A DNA stretch of 64,000 nt from Podarcis pityusensis (lineage: Eukaryota): assembly GCA_964106645.2 (NCBI GenBank), contig OZ067044.1; one strand, 5' to 3'. Position 1 is the stretch's first letter, and every line of letters begins with the position of its first letter. A model generated the notes under the pieces. It was not told the DNA's origin. It made no database searches and saw nothing but the letters and a program-made list of their open reading frames with translations. Below, piece after piece: positions 12,280-26,700 of the stretch. A program made the translations under genes and the position numbers.

Positions 12280-14233
12280 ACATCTGTTAAATATGTTTAA
12301 TTTTTTTTAAAATAACTGATGGCAAAATAAAATATTTACATCACATCATACTGTGTAAACACGCAATGTTGCTGTACAAAGAAATATACATGCAAAATAA
12401 AGCAAAAATCCAACTAAAATAAGGAATGAAATAATAATTCACAAGCAAAAAAAAGTTATGGTTGGTATGAATACATATCCATCCAGTTTTGATTTTAATT
12501 TTTTGTTTAAAAAGTTTCTGTACAACTTTACAAAAAAGAGAAATAAATAGATTACAATGGAAGTTGCAATTATTAAAATTAAAACCAAAGCCAGATTATG
12601 GCTTAAGACGGACTGCTATGTCTATTTTGTAAGGGATGCAGGCTAGGTATGTTTCAACAGGCATAAATCACAAAGAGAAACATGGATGGCTGAACATCCA
12701 TGCTAGTTCACTTATGCGCAGAAAACCATCAATGACTTAATATTTCACATATTGCCTATGTCTTGGAACTCATTTAAAAAAGCAGACAGTTATTTTCTGT
12801 CAGGTTCCGGTCCAATTTATGACAGTATTTTCTTCAAAGAGGAAAAACACACACACCATTCACTCAGTTATTGTACAGAAAGCAATAGACAAATCTGAAA
12901 ATTCTAAAAAGCAGAGATCGATTACGGGGTGAAATAACACTTTGGCATCTCGAACAAACAAAACAAACCGTCTTTTGAAAATGTCGCCTTGTTTTCCTTA
13001 TCCAGTTTGCATTTCAGGAAATGAAAATAATTTTACAATCCTTTTAAAACCAGCAAGACTTCCGAACTAGGTCCTAAGCTAAGGCTCAAGTTAATGACAC
13101 AGTGATAAAACCCCCCAACCCAGCCCCCCAACTCAGCCCTGGAAATCCCCAACACAAAAGTCATAAAGTTCGCCATACTATGAATGTGCTTTTTCTATAT
13201 ATTTATTACAGTTACAACAGGGGTCCTCATAAATAGTTGCATAAAATGTTAAAGCCACAACATTGCACATGATATGAAATTTAAAAAAAAAACCCAAAAC
13301 AAAACAAAAATCCCAAAGTGAGTGCATTTACAGTATTTTCTTCCTGCTGTATACTGCTTGACGATAAGAGGTTGGCTTAAGGACACCAAACCCAAGAGTT
13401 CTTTTCTGATAGGTCAAGCCAAGGCTGACCGGAACTGAAGACCCACACAGTGGTTCACCACCATTTAGGGGGAAGTTATAGGGAGAGGAGAAGAGGGGGG
13501 AAATTAAAGAGACACAGGTTGAAGGCAGGTAACAGTCTATTTACAAGTAAGGCCTACATTTTATCAGAGCAAAATGGTTCATTCTATTTGTATGCAAAAA
13601 TCTTGAGGTTGGATGCACTTTAAAAGCAGAGTCCGATCTCAGTGCACTGCTATGCAAGATACACACAGGCGAGGCAACTGGAAAGCTCTATGTCCAAGTC
13701 CAAAAAAATAAAATAAAATCAGATGGGTCAAAACGGACACCATCTAGACGGGCAGCCATTTTGTTCAGTCGTCTTTTAAGTGTCAGTGTCTGTACCTTGT
13801 CTCTCAATACCAGTGCTTTGAACAAAGGCATATTTTTTTCCCTCTGTCTAAAATCTTGAAAACGCTAGTTAAGATCGGTTGCAAAATTTCAATTCTCGTC
13901 AGACGTTTTTAAAAAAGGATTTTTTTTTTTTTGCAGAACCCTGAATTAAAATACTGTAGTAAGTGTCAAGTTCTTCATTGCCTTTTGCAGAGTACAATGT
14001 TGCAGTCCTCCACCCCAACATAGTTTTGCAGTGCTAGTCCCAAGTACAACCGTGCTTAAGATTTACTTGGAATGCATTTCCACACGATGAATACGCTAGC
14101 AGCTGATTGGCTTCTGTTTTTTTTTTTCTTTTTCCTTCACCCCAAATTCAAGTCAACAGCTGATTGGCAGGAGAGCTTCACCCGCAGTTTAGCTGACAGG
14201 TGAAAGAGAATGAGAGAACACATCAAAGATAGG
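12280..14233 (-). other. TRIO: TRIO 3'UTR (end approximate)
   Basis: Repeat-free AU-rich block after the stop; AATAAA at 13202-13207 and ATTAAA at 12296-12301 (minus strand) with upstream TGTA motifs and U-rich sequence downstream. Confidence 0.7.
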
Positions 14234-14776
14234 TCAAACTTTTGGCAAGAGCCTGCTCTGTAAGAAGTTTTTAATGCTACGAATGGGTCGAACATCGTTC
14301 TGGTGTTTTCGCCGCTCAATGAATGAAGTCAGTCTGGCTATGTCAATGCTGTCAGCAATTTTGGCACTGCCTGGCTGCAGCCACTGCTCCTGCAGAGCCA
14401 GTGCAGCCGAAGGGCGCTTGGCTGGGTCATCCTGCAATAGGAAACAGACAAAATCTTTGGCCTTCTGGCTTACTCCTTTGAAGTAGTCGTCTGGGAAGCT
14501 AAAGTCTAGGCGGCAAATGTTCAGGCAGGTTTCCTCTACGCTTTCGTCCAGGAAAGGAGACACGCCGCTAAGGAGAACGTATGTGAGCACTCCGAGGCTC
14601 CACACATCTGAGGTCAGGGAGACAGGATTTCCAAGGATAATTTCGGGAGCTGCAAACTCTGGGTTCCCAAGTAGCTGGTGGATGTGGTACGTGGTGTTGA
14701 GCTGGACTGCATCTCCAAAGTCAGCCAGTCGGATCGTTGCTTTGGCCAAGCTCTTGTCCACCAGAATGTTTTCAGG
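14234..14776 (-). CDS. TRIO: TRIO last coding exon, kinase C-lobe (PENILV...DFG...APE...SRLLPKV*)
   Basis: ttccag|CCT acceptor; TGA at 14234-14236; 543 nt. Confidence 0.96.
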   Translation of the reverse strand, partial: PENILVDKSLAKATIRLADFGDAVQLNTTYHIHQLLGNPEFAAPEIILGNPVSLTSDVWSLGVLTYVLLSGVSPFLDESVEETCLNICRLDFSFPDDYFKGVSQKAKDFVCFLLQDDPAKRPSAALALQEQWLQPGSAKIADSIDIARLTSFIERRKHQNDVRPIRSIKNFLQSRLLPKV

Positions 14777-17700
14777 CTGGAAGAGACGAAGAAGGGGAAG
14801 TTGTCACTTGTTACGCCAAGCAAAGCGCCACATGTTAAGCAGCCTCACCTGTAACAACCTAACTTGTACTTTCAAGCCTTAAAAATGTCGGCACGATTTC
14901 TAAACGTTCGACAGATTCCGAAATGAAACGCACAGCAAAACGAGATGAACGTATCATCTACACATTTAACGTACGAGAGGAAAACTTAAAATGCTATGTG
15001 AGAAATACTTGAATGCATCTCGCAGCATCTTTTTATTTTGCTAAAAGCAGCTGCTGGGAAGAGCGGTTGTGGAGGGTGATCAGAACTGCAAACTAGGCGG
15101 TTCTGCATTCCCTCAATGCTACAGAATAATAAAAAATGCTCCTATTGAAGCTGCTGTTAGCCACCTAGGAGAAAACACAAAGGAATAATACAAGAGCCTT
15201 TATGTTTCCTCCTCTGTGGCTAACAGCGGTTACTGCTCTCTTTTGCAGGGATGGCGGGGAGATTTGCATTAGGGAATTGGAGAGGGTAAAAGTCAAATTT
15301 CCTTCCACTTCGTAGATAGGTTGCCCCTGACGTTAAGAATCCTGCAAACCAAATACTGTGAAGTATAGATGTGAAAGTCACAATAATTTCTCCTACTTTA
15401 AGTATCAAGGTACGGCATATAGAAAGAAAGCCAAATTCACTTTAAACAAAAAACCAACACTCAGCAGTTTGCTTCTTTCCAAACAAAGCATAAGTAGAGC
15501 AGACATGACTGAGCAGCATGCTGCTTGTTCACGCTAAGCATAAACCGTGGCTTACAGGGATGTGTACACAGCTGTCAAGGGCATTTTCCAGCCAATGGAA
15601 GGCACACAACAGATAGTTTATGGTCAAAGATAACTTAGTTGCTTCTACAGCTCTGGATAGCTATATGCAGCAATCTAGTGTCCTGGCAACTCTTCCCAGG
15701 TCTGCATCCTATGGAGCAGTTGCAGCAACAGGGGACCACTCCGCCTCCACCACTTTAAGTACCTCCCCCTGACAGGCAGTGCACACGCAGCCAGAGACTA
15801 CGCCTGCGTGGAAGGTTTTGCCTCTGCTCTTCCCGCTTCATCTCTCTCCTGGTTCTGGGAGAGAGTGGGGCAGGAGAGGGTGGGGCAGCACCCAGCCCTC
15901 CCCTTGCCTGACCAGCGTCTTCCTCTTTCTTCCATCCTCCGATTCTTGCCCCCTGGCTGGTACGGGTCCCCCCAACTCACTGCTCCCCTCTCCCGAGTCG
16001 GACTCCAGCTCGCCTGCCCCTGATGCCCACTCATTAGCGTCCTGCCAGTCCCCGACATCAGGCACAATGTGGGCTTGGGCCACAACTGTACATTGTTCCT
16101 TGAGTTGGCTTCCTATTCACACAAGGCTCTCACAGCACTTACAGCCTTTGTGCAGTAGGGAGATGGGACTGGGCTAATAATACGTCCCCTGGATGCACCT
16201 TGTTTCTACACACAAGACTGGACCACCAGCTAGTCTGTCAGAAATGTGTGGATGCTCTGAAGTATATCCTGGTATTGACGGTATTCGGGGGGGAGAAAAA
16301 CCTGTTATCCCGTTCACCTTTAGGTCCAAGTGCACTATTCTGCAATTGTGAAGATACTGTACAGCATCCAGAATCTCCCCCAGATACAGCTTGATCTTTC
16401 CTTCCGTGAGGTTTCCCCATTGCACGATGTAGTCCAGAAGGCGGCCCTGGTTAGCACTATGAAAGCATAAGTGTCATGTTAATCATTATCATCAGCTGTC
16501 CACATTCGGGGGGGGGGGGGAGCAAATGATTTAACTCTGCTGCATGGTAGAGCTAGTCCTAACTATTATAGAGGGGTGTGTGTATGTAGAAATAAATTAA
16601 CTTTTTTTTTTTAACCCACACAAATCTCACCATGAAGTGAGAAATCTCCACTATTGCTCTGTGATTAATTGTTCTTAGGATTAACTTGAAGTAGAAATGT
16701 AGCCTGATTTACACTCAGGTGTGTATTTATGAAGACGTACTCACAAAATAAGTGTAAGATTCTAATCATGTAAGATTTGCCTATCTTCAACATTTAACAT
16801 CTAGAAAGCAAGAGCATAACATATTGGCCACGTTTGAATGTAGAGCTAAGCCATTGTTCTTGTTGTTGTTTAGTCGACTCTACACATGGACATCACCAGA
16901 TGGGCAGCATCGAAATCAGATCAATTATATTCTCTGCAGCCAAAGATGGAGAAGCTCTATACAGTCAGCAAAAACAAGACCTGGAGCTGACTGTGGCTCA
17001 GATCATCAGCTTCTTATAGCAAAATTCAAGCTTAAACTGAAGAAAGTAGGAAAAACCACTGGGCTGGTAAGATACAATCTAAATCAAATCTCTTATGAAT
17101 ACACAGTGGAAGTGAGGAACATGTTTAAGGATTTAGATTTGGTGGACAGAGTGCCTGAAGAACTATGGATGGAGGCTCACAACATTATATAGGAGCTAAG
17201 CCATAGTTTAATTCATGGTTTGTCTGAACACCCAAACACATTCTGCACAAATAACCATCATTTGTTCTGCGGCAACAAACCATAACTTGAAACCGTGGTT
17301 TGCTGTTAGCTTATCAGTTTCAGCTTGCTTTAAATGTGGTTTGTCATCATGTCTGAACCAAGGATTCAGGCGTAATCCTGGTTTGTTTGACATCCTGACT
17401 GAGTGGCTTTCCAAGCAACCAGATGTGTGAGGCAAAAGAGGCTAGAGGGATGTTTGTTTGCTTGATGTATACCCCGCATCTTCCTCCAAAGGAGCCCAGG
17501 GCTGCAAACGTATACATACTAATGCTATTAAAACATATTTTAAAATGGTTTAAAATCCCCTTCCAAAAAAACTAATGAAAAGCAATCACCCACTCTGCAA
17601 CTATTAATTTCAGGGTTGCCTGGGACAGAACTTTTAGCTATCAAATACCCTGGTAAACAGTAATGTTTACATTTACCTAAACAGGAATGTATTTTTCCCC

Positions 17701-20700
17701 CTCAAAGTTAATAGCGAGGAATAACTCGCAACATGCACACATTCAGTTTTATGTGCTTAACAACAACAACACACACAAAACATTTAAAAGGGGGCTAGCT
17801 TCTTGGAAAAGAGACTTTCGCAATCCCACCCACCATTCAACTCAATGTGTTTTGACTATAAGCAATTTTGGCATTGGGCACTATCCCTTGAACGCAACCC
17901 CTGCGTAAGTTGAGAGTCGTATGTATCACCAACTTCACGTAGGAGCAAAATATCTGCAGGTTGCAGTAACAGGACTATTGCCTGGTGGGAGGCAGGGAAA
18001 TGGTAAACCTGTATTATTATACTTTGTATGTGGGGTTTTTATGTCAGTATCATTTGGGCAGGTTCTCTTTCTGTTTATTATATTTCCTTGGTAGTGAAAG
18101 AGGTTGGCTGGGGGGCCCAAGGAATGGTTGGTTGTGTTTAGTTGGCTGCAGTGAGATTTGTTTGCGTGTGGTTGGGGAGGGGGTCAGGTTAACCAGATTG
18201 TTTTGTATGCTGTTGGTGGGTTTTTGTTGTTGTCTTGCTGGGCTGTGTATGTGATAAAGGAGAGCCACACTGGGGTGAAGGAATCCTCTTCTATTTGTCC
18301 CCATGACAGTTGCAGTCTATTGGTTAGCTTTTCTAGTAAGGCTGTTTCCCATACAATTTGGTACCATTGATCCATGTTCGTTCCTGACTGGTCTCTCCAG
18401 TGTCTGGCTGCTGAGAGTAGGTGGATTATACGGTCTTTATCATGTGAGCGTTCATGATGCTCTTGGAAAATGTTTAGTGGGGCAAGTTCTGGGTTGAGTT
18501 CTAATACCTGTTTAGTTATTTTGCATATCTCTTTTAGGACTGCTGTCCAGAATGGTTGGATTTTGGGGCATTCCCACCACATGTGCAGGTATGTTCCTGT
18601 AGAGGTGCTGCCTCTCGAACATTTTGGTGTTATTCCTGGGCGTATCAATGCCAGTTTCTGTAGTGTTTCTGTAGTGTTAGGTACCATCTGTAGTGAGTTT
18701 CAGTGTGAGTTCCTTTCTTTTGGCTGAGATGGAGGTTTAGACCACTTTCTAGTCCATTGGGTGGGGTTAATTTCATAGCCTAGGTCATGCTCCCATTGTT
18801 CTTTGTGTCAAAGAACTGTCAGGAGAAGATTTTCAAAGGTGGTCAAGGGCCTAGTGGCACCTGATTTTACTGTTGGATTGTTTAAGAAGGTGTGTAGTTG
18901 GTGCTGTGTTAGCCAGGGTATTTGGGTGTCTCCAAGTATGTCTTGTTTTTCTTGTGTCAGTATGGGTTTGTTGTTTTTGTGAAAGTCTTTAAGACGGTGT
19001 AGGCCTTTGGCTTGCCATGTTTTTATCTGGAGGTTTTGTGCTGTGTATTGGAATAATGGGTGATGAGCTAGGGGGGTTAGCGGGGCTGGTGCTGGGAACA
19101 GTTTGCCTATTTTTTCCTTCTATGTTTAGCATTATAGGGATTTTCTTTAGATGTTATATTGTTTTGGTTGATTTATTGTAGTTTTAGTGCATTTTTCTTT
19201 TGCATTAATATTCTTTTGACCACTTTGGGAAGAGTCTGGGCCAAAAAGTGGCATATAAAATAATCCACAACATAACATTAGGTAACATAAAAGGGCACAC
19301 ACATCTCTAACACCAAGATGTAACTGGTGGAACTCTCAAAGGTGTCCAGGAGGCCGACAAGCTGAGGGTGTTGGAGATTCTGCATAACTCCGAGTTCATG
19401 GGTGACCTGATCTCGTTTCATCAGTTTCTTATTTATGAACTTAGCGGCTACTTCTCGCTTGGTTCCCTTCTGATCGCATCTCTTAATGACAGAAAACCTG
19501 CCCCTGCAAAACAAATGGTGAAAGGAAAGTCAGCTCCACAAGGCAAGGAATGCAAGAAAGAGAGATGTATTTATTTTCGCACCCCACACTTGCAAAACAT
19601 ACATATTCAAAGCTGGTCTTGAACTATTAGAAAAACTTTCTCCCTTTGAAATGCAACTAGATGTCCAATTTCTGAGGCACTTACAATACGAAATAATTTT
19701 TAATAATAATAATAATTTATATGAAGTATACTAAATCAGCCTAGGCGTGTTTGTCATGTTCTGGACAGTCAGGTGTGCTGGTTAAAAATATGATGCTCTT
19801 ATGATAAGTGTATGTATCAGTATTTTCATGTGAGCCAGCTATAACAGGGAAATACAAGAACAAAATTAAAACTCAGAGTTTAGAGCTACATTCATGAGTA
19901 GAAAGCTGCTCTTATGAAGACTTGGGCTCATATGTTCCTCCCTACCTCTGGGCCAGGAGGGGTTCATCAGAATTAAGTTTCATTTCTCACAATTCCTGGC
20001 TCATTGTGTGAACCAGAGATGGTGGTTTAAAGCAAACTCTGTTTAGTTAAACAAGCCAACTGCAATACCCCATGGTTTGGCTTGTTTTGAAAGTGATGAG
20101 TTCACTTTAAACCATAATCACATGCAACAAGAAGTCGATCATAAAAAGTGAAACTAATTCTCCTGCCTATGAATGAGCAGAGAAGAGGAGCACAGGCTTG
20201 ATGTTTCTTGCAGGTTCCTTTCTGCTTGTGCATATTAGCACTAAATTATGTTGTGTGTATGCAGCCTCTCTGAAAGCACATTGATCTGTCCAAAGATTTC
20301 CCAAAGTTCAGCTTATTTTGCCCGATTCATATGTAACCAAAATGGTGTGGAGGCGATTTTACAATTGCCTGATCTCATTCTGGTTTGGTAGCTTTTGCAC
20401 ATTAATGTTAGCTGAATGACATGATTTTTCCTTAGTGGAAGTTGCTCCAATGCGTGACTCAGGTTATAATTAATATACGTTAAGTAATAACATTGTTTTA
20501 GGCTACTTTTCATACCCCAGCACCAAAAGCTTAGAGTTTACTCTTGCCATGCGAACTCTTTTCTAAGAAAGCACTTGATTTCTGCATTATCAGGGTCCTT
20601 GAATGTATGCTAGAACAGCTGAATGCCCATCTCAACACAGAAGTCATTTCTTTCCAAAAATATTTATGATTATATAAGTAGGCTGAATCATACCTGCCAA

Positions 20701-23700
20701 GCTCAGCCACTTCACTGTACAGGGAATCAAAGTTATCTTTCCAGGTTACTATGATCCCATCACTTCCAGGACCTGAAAAGTGGAAAAAATAATCTAACAT
20801 TGAGCATTTAACATGTGAAAAGCATTGCCTCCTTGCCACAGAGATAGACCCACCTAAAACTCGTAGACTGGCTGAAGATGAAACTGAACCCATATCGTTT
20901 GCAGCTACACAGGTATAAATACCATCATCTTCTGTGGTCACACCAATGATTTTCAGAGATGCTTCTCCCAAATCACTGCAAAATATTATAAATTTGTAAA
21001 CATGTGAGATTTATAAACACTCAACTGGTATTTATGGTCACAATCATCTAGTACCTTCAAAATATTCTTTATGCTTTCTTGCCAACTATCTCACAAATCC
21101 CCCTTTTTGACACAGTATAAAGCATGCAAATGAAGAAGCCACAGGTACCTGTATGAGATGCTGTAATGACTGTCACTGCTCAGTGTGTTATGTTCAGGAC
21201 CTTTCCAAGTTACTGAAGCTTTGGGACGACCACAGACTTTGCATTTCAGAATGACAGTCTCTCCTATCTCACATGTTGTCTCACTTAATGGTATTATGAA
21301 TTCTGGGGGAACTGGGAAGAGAAGGAAACAATTGCCATTAAAGAATTAATTCATACATAGAATAGAATCATAGAATCATAGAGTTGGAAGAGACCACAAG
21401 GGCCATTGAGTCCAACCCCCTGCCAAGCAGGAAACACCATCAGAGCACTCCTGACATATGGTTGTCAAGCCTCTGCTTAAAGACCTCCAAAGAAAGAGAC
21501 TCCACCACACTCCTTGGCAGCAAATTCCACTGTCGAACAGCTCTTACTGTCAGGAAGTTCTTCCTAATGTTTAGGTGGAATCTTCTTTCTTGTAGTTTGG
21601 ATCCATCTTCTCTGTCACCTAAATACATGCAGTTTGCATGTTACCTCTGTGATGCGGTTAGTGCCAGTACAGTTTAAGTCTGGTAAAAATATAGGGCAGC
21701 ATATGCCTTAAGGCCCATTAGGATGTGTGTGACCTATATAGAGACCAGGAACGAACCCTTAGATCTTATGTTATTTGTTTCTATTTCTCTTTCTTGTTCT
21801 GGTTCTATAGGCTGCCTCTTAACAGTTTTCTCTGTCTGGCTCTGACATGGAAATTAACTGAAAGCAAAAGGAGGAGAGGAGGAAGTGATGAAAAAGTTTG
21901 TCATGTGGGTTCCTGCCTAGTCAAGGGGGAGGGACACAATTAGTGCACTGTGTCTCACATTCTGCTAGGAAAAAATGTTATTTCTCAAATGCAGCCACTC
22001 CTTTTTTCCTGTGACAACGCAATGTTTCTCACGACTTAACCAAGGTATTGGAGAAACTGTATCTCTGCTATTGCCTCTCTGATAAAATACATCTCTACAT
22101 TTAAACTGAAAAGACTTTAGTCAGATCAGGTGGCTCACCCATCACTGACTAGTTCAGCACCAAGGCCCATTTCTGGTGCCCACTGGTTTGGCCATTATGG
22201 TATTTAGAAAATGTCTGAAGAGGGATTGCATCTACGACTCCCCAGACGTTTTGCAGCCTCACAGATAGTTCCCTCTGCTGGCTTAGCAGGCTCACCAGCG
22301 CATTTTAAATGCATTTTAGACTTCCTCTGCCTTTGTAATGAAAAAAATGTATTTTCATACTATTGGCAACAGTGAACTTAAACACAACTTACCATCATAA
22401 ATGTAGTTGGGGTTGAGAAGCTGAAAAGGGAAGTTGAAAAATGTTAGCATTTCGAAAGTCTCCAGACATTTCTTAAGGACAATAAGGTTAAAAACTGAAG
22501 TCTAAACATCTGTCAACTGTTGACATAGAAGACTGTGTGAAGTTGTGCTCAATGATGTTGTAAGGTCAACAATCATCAGCATAGCCAGGTGTACTTAACA
22601 TATCATGATCAATAGACAACGTGGTATTTTCTGTGCACTTGTACTAACAAAGCTTTTCCCACTACATTCCCTAAAATGGGACATTTAGAGACCAGCAGTG
22701 AGATTTTTATGCCAAAATGTTTCCTGAAAAGATAAAGCAGTACATTGCTGACTGACAACGCCACCAAGAAATATCCCCTTTGCTGGGTCTCTGAAGACGT
22801 ATCATATTACAATGCCCCCTGCTCCTCTGCAGATCTAATCTCCAGGTACAATTCAGGCAGGATGAAAATCTTTTTACACTCAGCACAGGAATTGTGGAGT
22901 GCTCAGAATCCTGGTGGATCCATTGTGACCAAATATCATCTGTGACATCACCGAACCATGGTGCCAGTATGATGGCTCTATGATATTACAGTGGTACCTC
23001 GGGTTACAAACACTTTGGGTTACAGACTCTGCTAACCCGGAAATAGTACCTCGGGTTAAGAACTTTACCTCAGGATGAGAACAGAAATCGTGCGCCAGCG
23101 GCGCAGCAGCACCGGGAAGTCCCATTTGCTAAAGTGGTACCTCAGGTTGAGAACGCTTTCAGGTTAAGAATGGACCTCCAGAACAAATTAAGTTCGTAAC
23201 CAGAGGTACCACTGTACATGATGATGTTATACAGAGAGAATTTTATTCACTACAAGTCTAGCCCAAAGTATTCTCACCTACAATGGTTCAGAAATGCTCC
23301 CCCCCACTTAAAGTGAGTAACAATTCCATCTATTGTTCTGTTAGAGCTGTATGGAAGTGATATTTATACAGTGGTGCCCCGCAAGACGAATGCCTCGCAA
23401 GACGGAAAACCCGCTAGACGAAAGGGTTTTCCGTTTTGGAGGTGCTTCGCAAAACGAATTTCCTATGTGCTTGCTTCGCAAGACGAAAATGTCTTGCGAG
23501 TTCCTGCGGGGTTTTTTCCTTTCCCCCCCTTTTTCCCAAGCCGCTAAACCGCTTATCAGCTGATGGCTAAGCCGCTTAACAGCTGATGGTTAAGCCGCTT
23601 ATCAGCTGATCGTTAAGCCGCTTATCAGCTGATCTTTAAGCCGCTTAACAGCTGATCTTTAAGCCGCTTATCAGCTGATCTGCTAAGCCCGCTAAGACGC

Positions 23701-26700
23701 TAATACTGTAGCGCTAATCTGCTAAATCGCTAATGGGCTTGCTTCGCAAGACGAAAAAACCCGCAAGACAAAGAGACTCGCGGAACGGATTCTTTTCGTC
23801 TTGCGAGGCACCACTGTATAACAGTTTGTCTTGATAATATATATATATGTGATATTGATAATATATTTGACTTGAGAACTGCCCTTTTTGGGGGTACTGA
23901 AAATGTTTAAAATGGGGTGTAGAAGTATGGATCTGGATTTATTGTAGGAAGTCATGGCAAAGGGATTTATTTGATATTAAAGCTTTGTAAACTTTTGGAG
24001 GCTTCTGTCATGTACCTGTGGTCTATTATGGATGCTGCATCAGATAAACAAAATTCTGCTGGAAAGAGATGATTTATCTCTTCTTACATAATCTAATATC
24101 CTAACTCATGGTAGTAAAATTACTGTCAATACACTGAGGAAGCGGTTGTTACTACTGCTTCTGAAAGGATTAATTAGGACTCAGAAAAGATGCTTCTTTT
24201 AACTTCTGAACTGCGGATTGATGTTAAAGGTGGCTTGGCCAACATAGGGCATGTGCACTTCTGCCTTAAAACTGCTAACAGGTCAAGAGTATTTGTTGTT
24301 CTCTGAACAAACGGTTGCTTCCTGTGAGCTCAACCTGTGTGTTCTGAAAGTTGACTCATGCACTCCAGAAAAAATGAAAGTGAGTAATCTTCTCTGTAAT
24401 ATAACTCCCTGAACAAAGCTGAACGAGCTTTATCTGTACCATCTGCAGTCTCTTTGTGCATTTTGCTGTTCCATAAGGAAGGAAGGGGTTTGTTGTTAAA
24501 AGCGGGCAGCCATTCAGTGTGCAAAATGCATTGAACGAGCCCCATCGGTCGAAACCTTGTGCAAAGATGACTTTGGCTTACACAACGGGGCTTCTTCCTC
24601 CCTTGCCACTGTGTCCCTTGAAATTGGCTCAGGGACAGATGGGGGTGGGGGTGGGGATTGTTTCGCCTGGCAAGCTGCTGAATTCAACCATAAGACATTG
24701 TACACCTATCATTTTGCAACATGAGGTCCTTAGCAATGCACAAACGTAGCTACTACAATTATGAATTATGGTGCTGGAGAGCAAGAAGATCAAACCTCTC
24801 CATTCTTAAGGAAATCAGCCCTGAGTGCTCACTGGAAGGACAGATCCTGAAGCTGAGGCTCCAATACTTTGGCCACCTCGTGAGAAGAGAAGACTCCCTG
24901 GAAAAGACCCTGATGTTGGGAAAGATGGAGGGCACAAGGAGAAGGGGAAGACAGAGGACGAGATGGTTGGACAGTGTTCTCGAAGCTACCAGCATGAGTT
25001 TGACCAAACTGCAGGAGGCAGTGGAAGACAGGAGTGCCTGGCGTGCTCTGGTCCATGGGGTCACGAAGAGTTGGACATGACTAAACAATTAAACAACAAC
25101 AAAGCTACTACAAGGTGTCTACTGTTCTTGTTCAGGCTGTAAAACTTTTATTGGTTGTTAATGGTTTTCTTAAAAGCTGTTGCACCTACTCCTTTCCTGA
25201 GTCCAGCCATCTTTTTTTCCTCATGAAAACTTTCCCCCATTCTTCCCTCCCAACACAAAAAAATACACTGCTATAGTCAACCCAGGCTTTCACCCTTTAC
25301 CTGAGAATACCTACATCAGAGAGTTCCTTCTCCTGGACCCAGTTCCAATCTTAAACCTTCACTACTACTACCTATTCCCACGGGAAGTTTTCAACCACAG
25401 CACTAGTTGCATGTTAACGACAGATTTTGAAATACAGAAGGCACAACCCACCATATTTCTGCAAGAATCCTACTAGCTGATATCCCCCCCCTTTAAATGG
25501 TATCACATTTACAGTGCAATCCTAATAAGACTAAGTTTAATGGGATTTACTCTCCAGTATGTAGGTTAGCCTGACCAGGGATACTCAAATCTGAATTATA
25601 TACAGTTGCCCTAAAACACGACATGAAAACAGGTCTTCAGCACTTTGTATCTCTAGTAATGAAAGGTAGAAAAGAACACTGGTGCAAATGTATTTCAAGT
25701 AAAAAAAGTATTGTTAAAGTGAGATACTTGTTGTACTGTATAGACTAAGAACAACTAAGAACACGAGGAAGAAAGGTTACCTTCACGGAAACCTTATTGG
25801 CAAGTCCATCTCGAGATTTACGGTAACCATTTTCCAGCTTGCCTTCCCTTTTGCTGTCTTTATCTTTTTTCTCAGATTTCTTCCTTAGACGGAGTGCTGT
25901 GTGCCAAGATGACGACTTCCTGAAGCCAGAACACAACAGCAGTGTGATTAGCTGGACCCTTGCCTTGGAAAACATTAAAACATGCAGAAGGAGGAACATC
26001 TGACGGATAATCCACCAAACAGTGAGTATACGAACAAATGATCGATGAAATGACATGGTTCTTCTGGTGGCCTTGACCCAAAGAGTATGAATTCTGTCAT
26101 CATTTTTACAGGAACAACTAGTTTGAGCCTAGTTCTTGCTGCATTTGTAAACCTGTGTCTAGGCTGCACCCTTTCGGACTGCAGGGCTCAGTTATTTTTC
26201 CCCATCCATACAAAAAAGTTTTCTCCCATAGAAAACTATATATCGGGGGAAGAATTCGAGCTCAGCTTCCTCTTTCACATGTAAGTTTTCTTTGCGAAAA
26301 GATCGATTTATTTTGCATGAGAAAGAACTCTGTTATGTAAGCTCCCATCTGCGTCTAGCTTCAACCACTCCAGATTCTTCACCTCAGTGAAAACTAGACC
26401 TCAGACTTACCTTTCCACGAAAGAAAAAAAAAAAAGGGGGGGGGGAACACCTGTGACTCTTCACAGGCCTGACCCATCTCTGCCTCCTGGCATCCCTCTT
26501 CCCTGCTTCTGACATTGATTCTGTACTTCTTTCTGCCACAAACTCTCCCTGCTCACTAAGCCCTGTTACCTCTTCAGCTTTTAACATCTCATCTTCCCAG
26601 TCTTCTCACTGTTGTCCTACCACCAATCTCCAGGCTCTGAGCCTCCTTCCCTTGGGGGGTTCCTCAGCTGGTTCCTCCCAGCATGCCTTTGTGTCCAACC

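Noticed and set aside
16450-19310. Kinase inactivation or frameshift at the LE-I-ANQG junction
   Set aside because: Splice phases fit (AT+T) and the VAAK, HLDLKPEN, DFG and APE motifs are intact; at most a conservative substitution
23538-23690. CRISPR-like array of ~23-bp repeats
   Set aside because: No unique spacers, eukaryotic context, lies inside a MITE; it is a minisatellite
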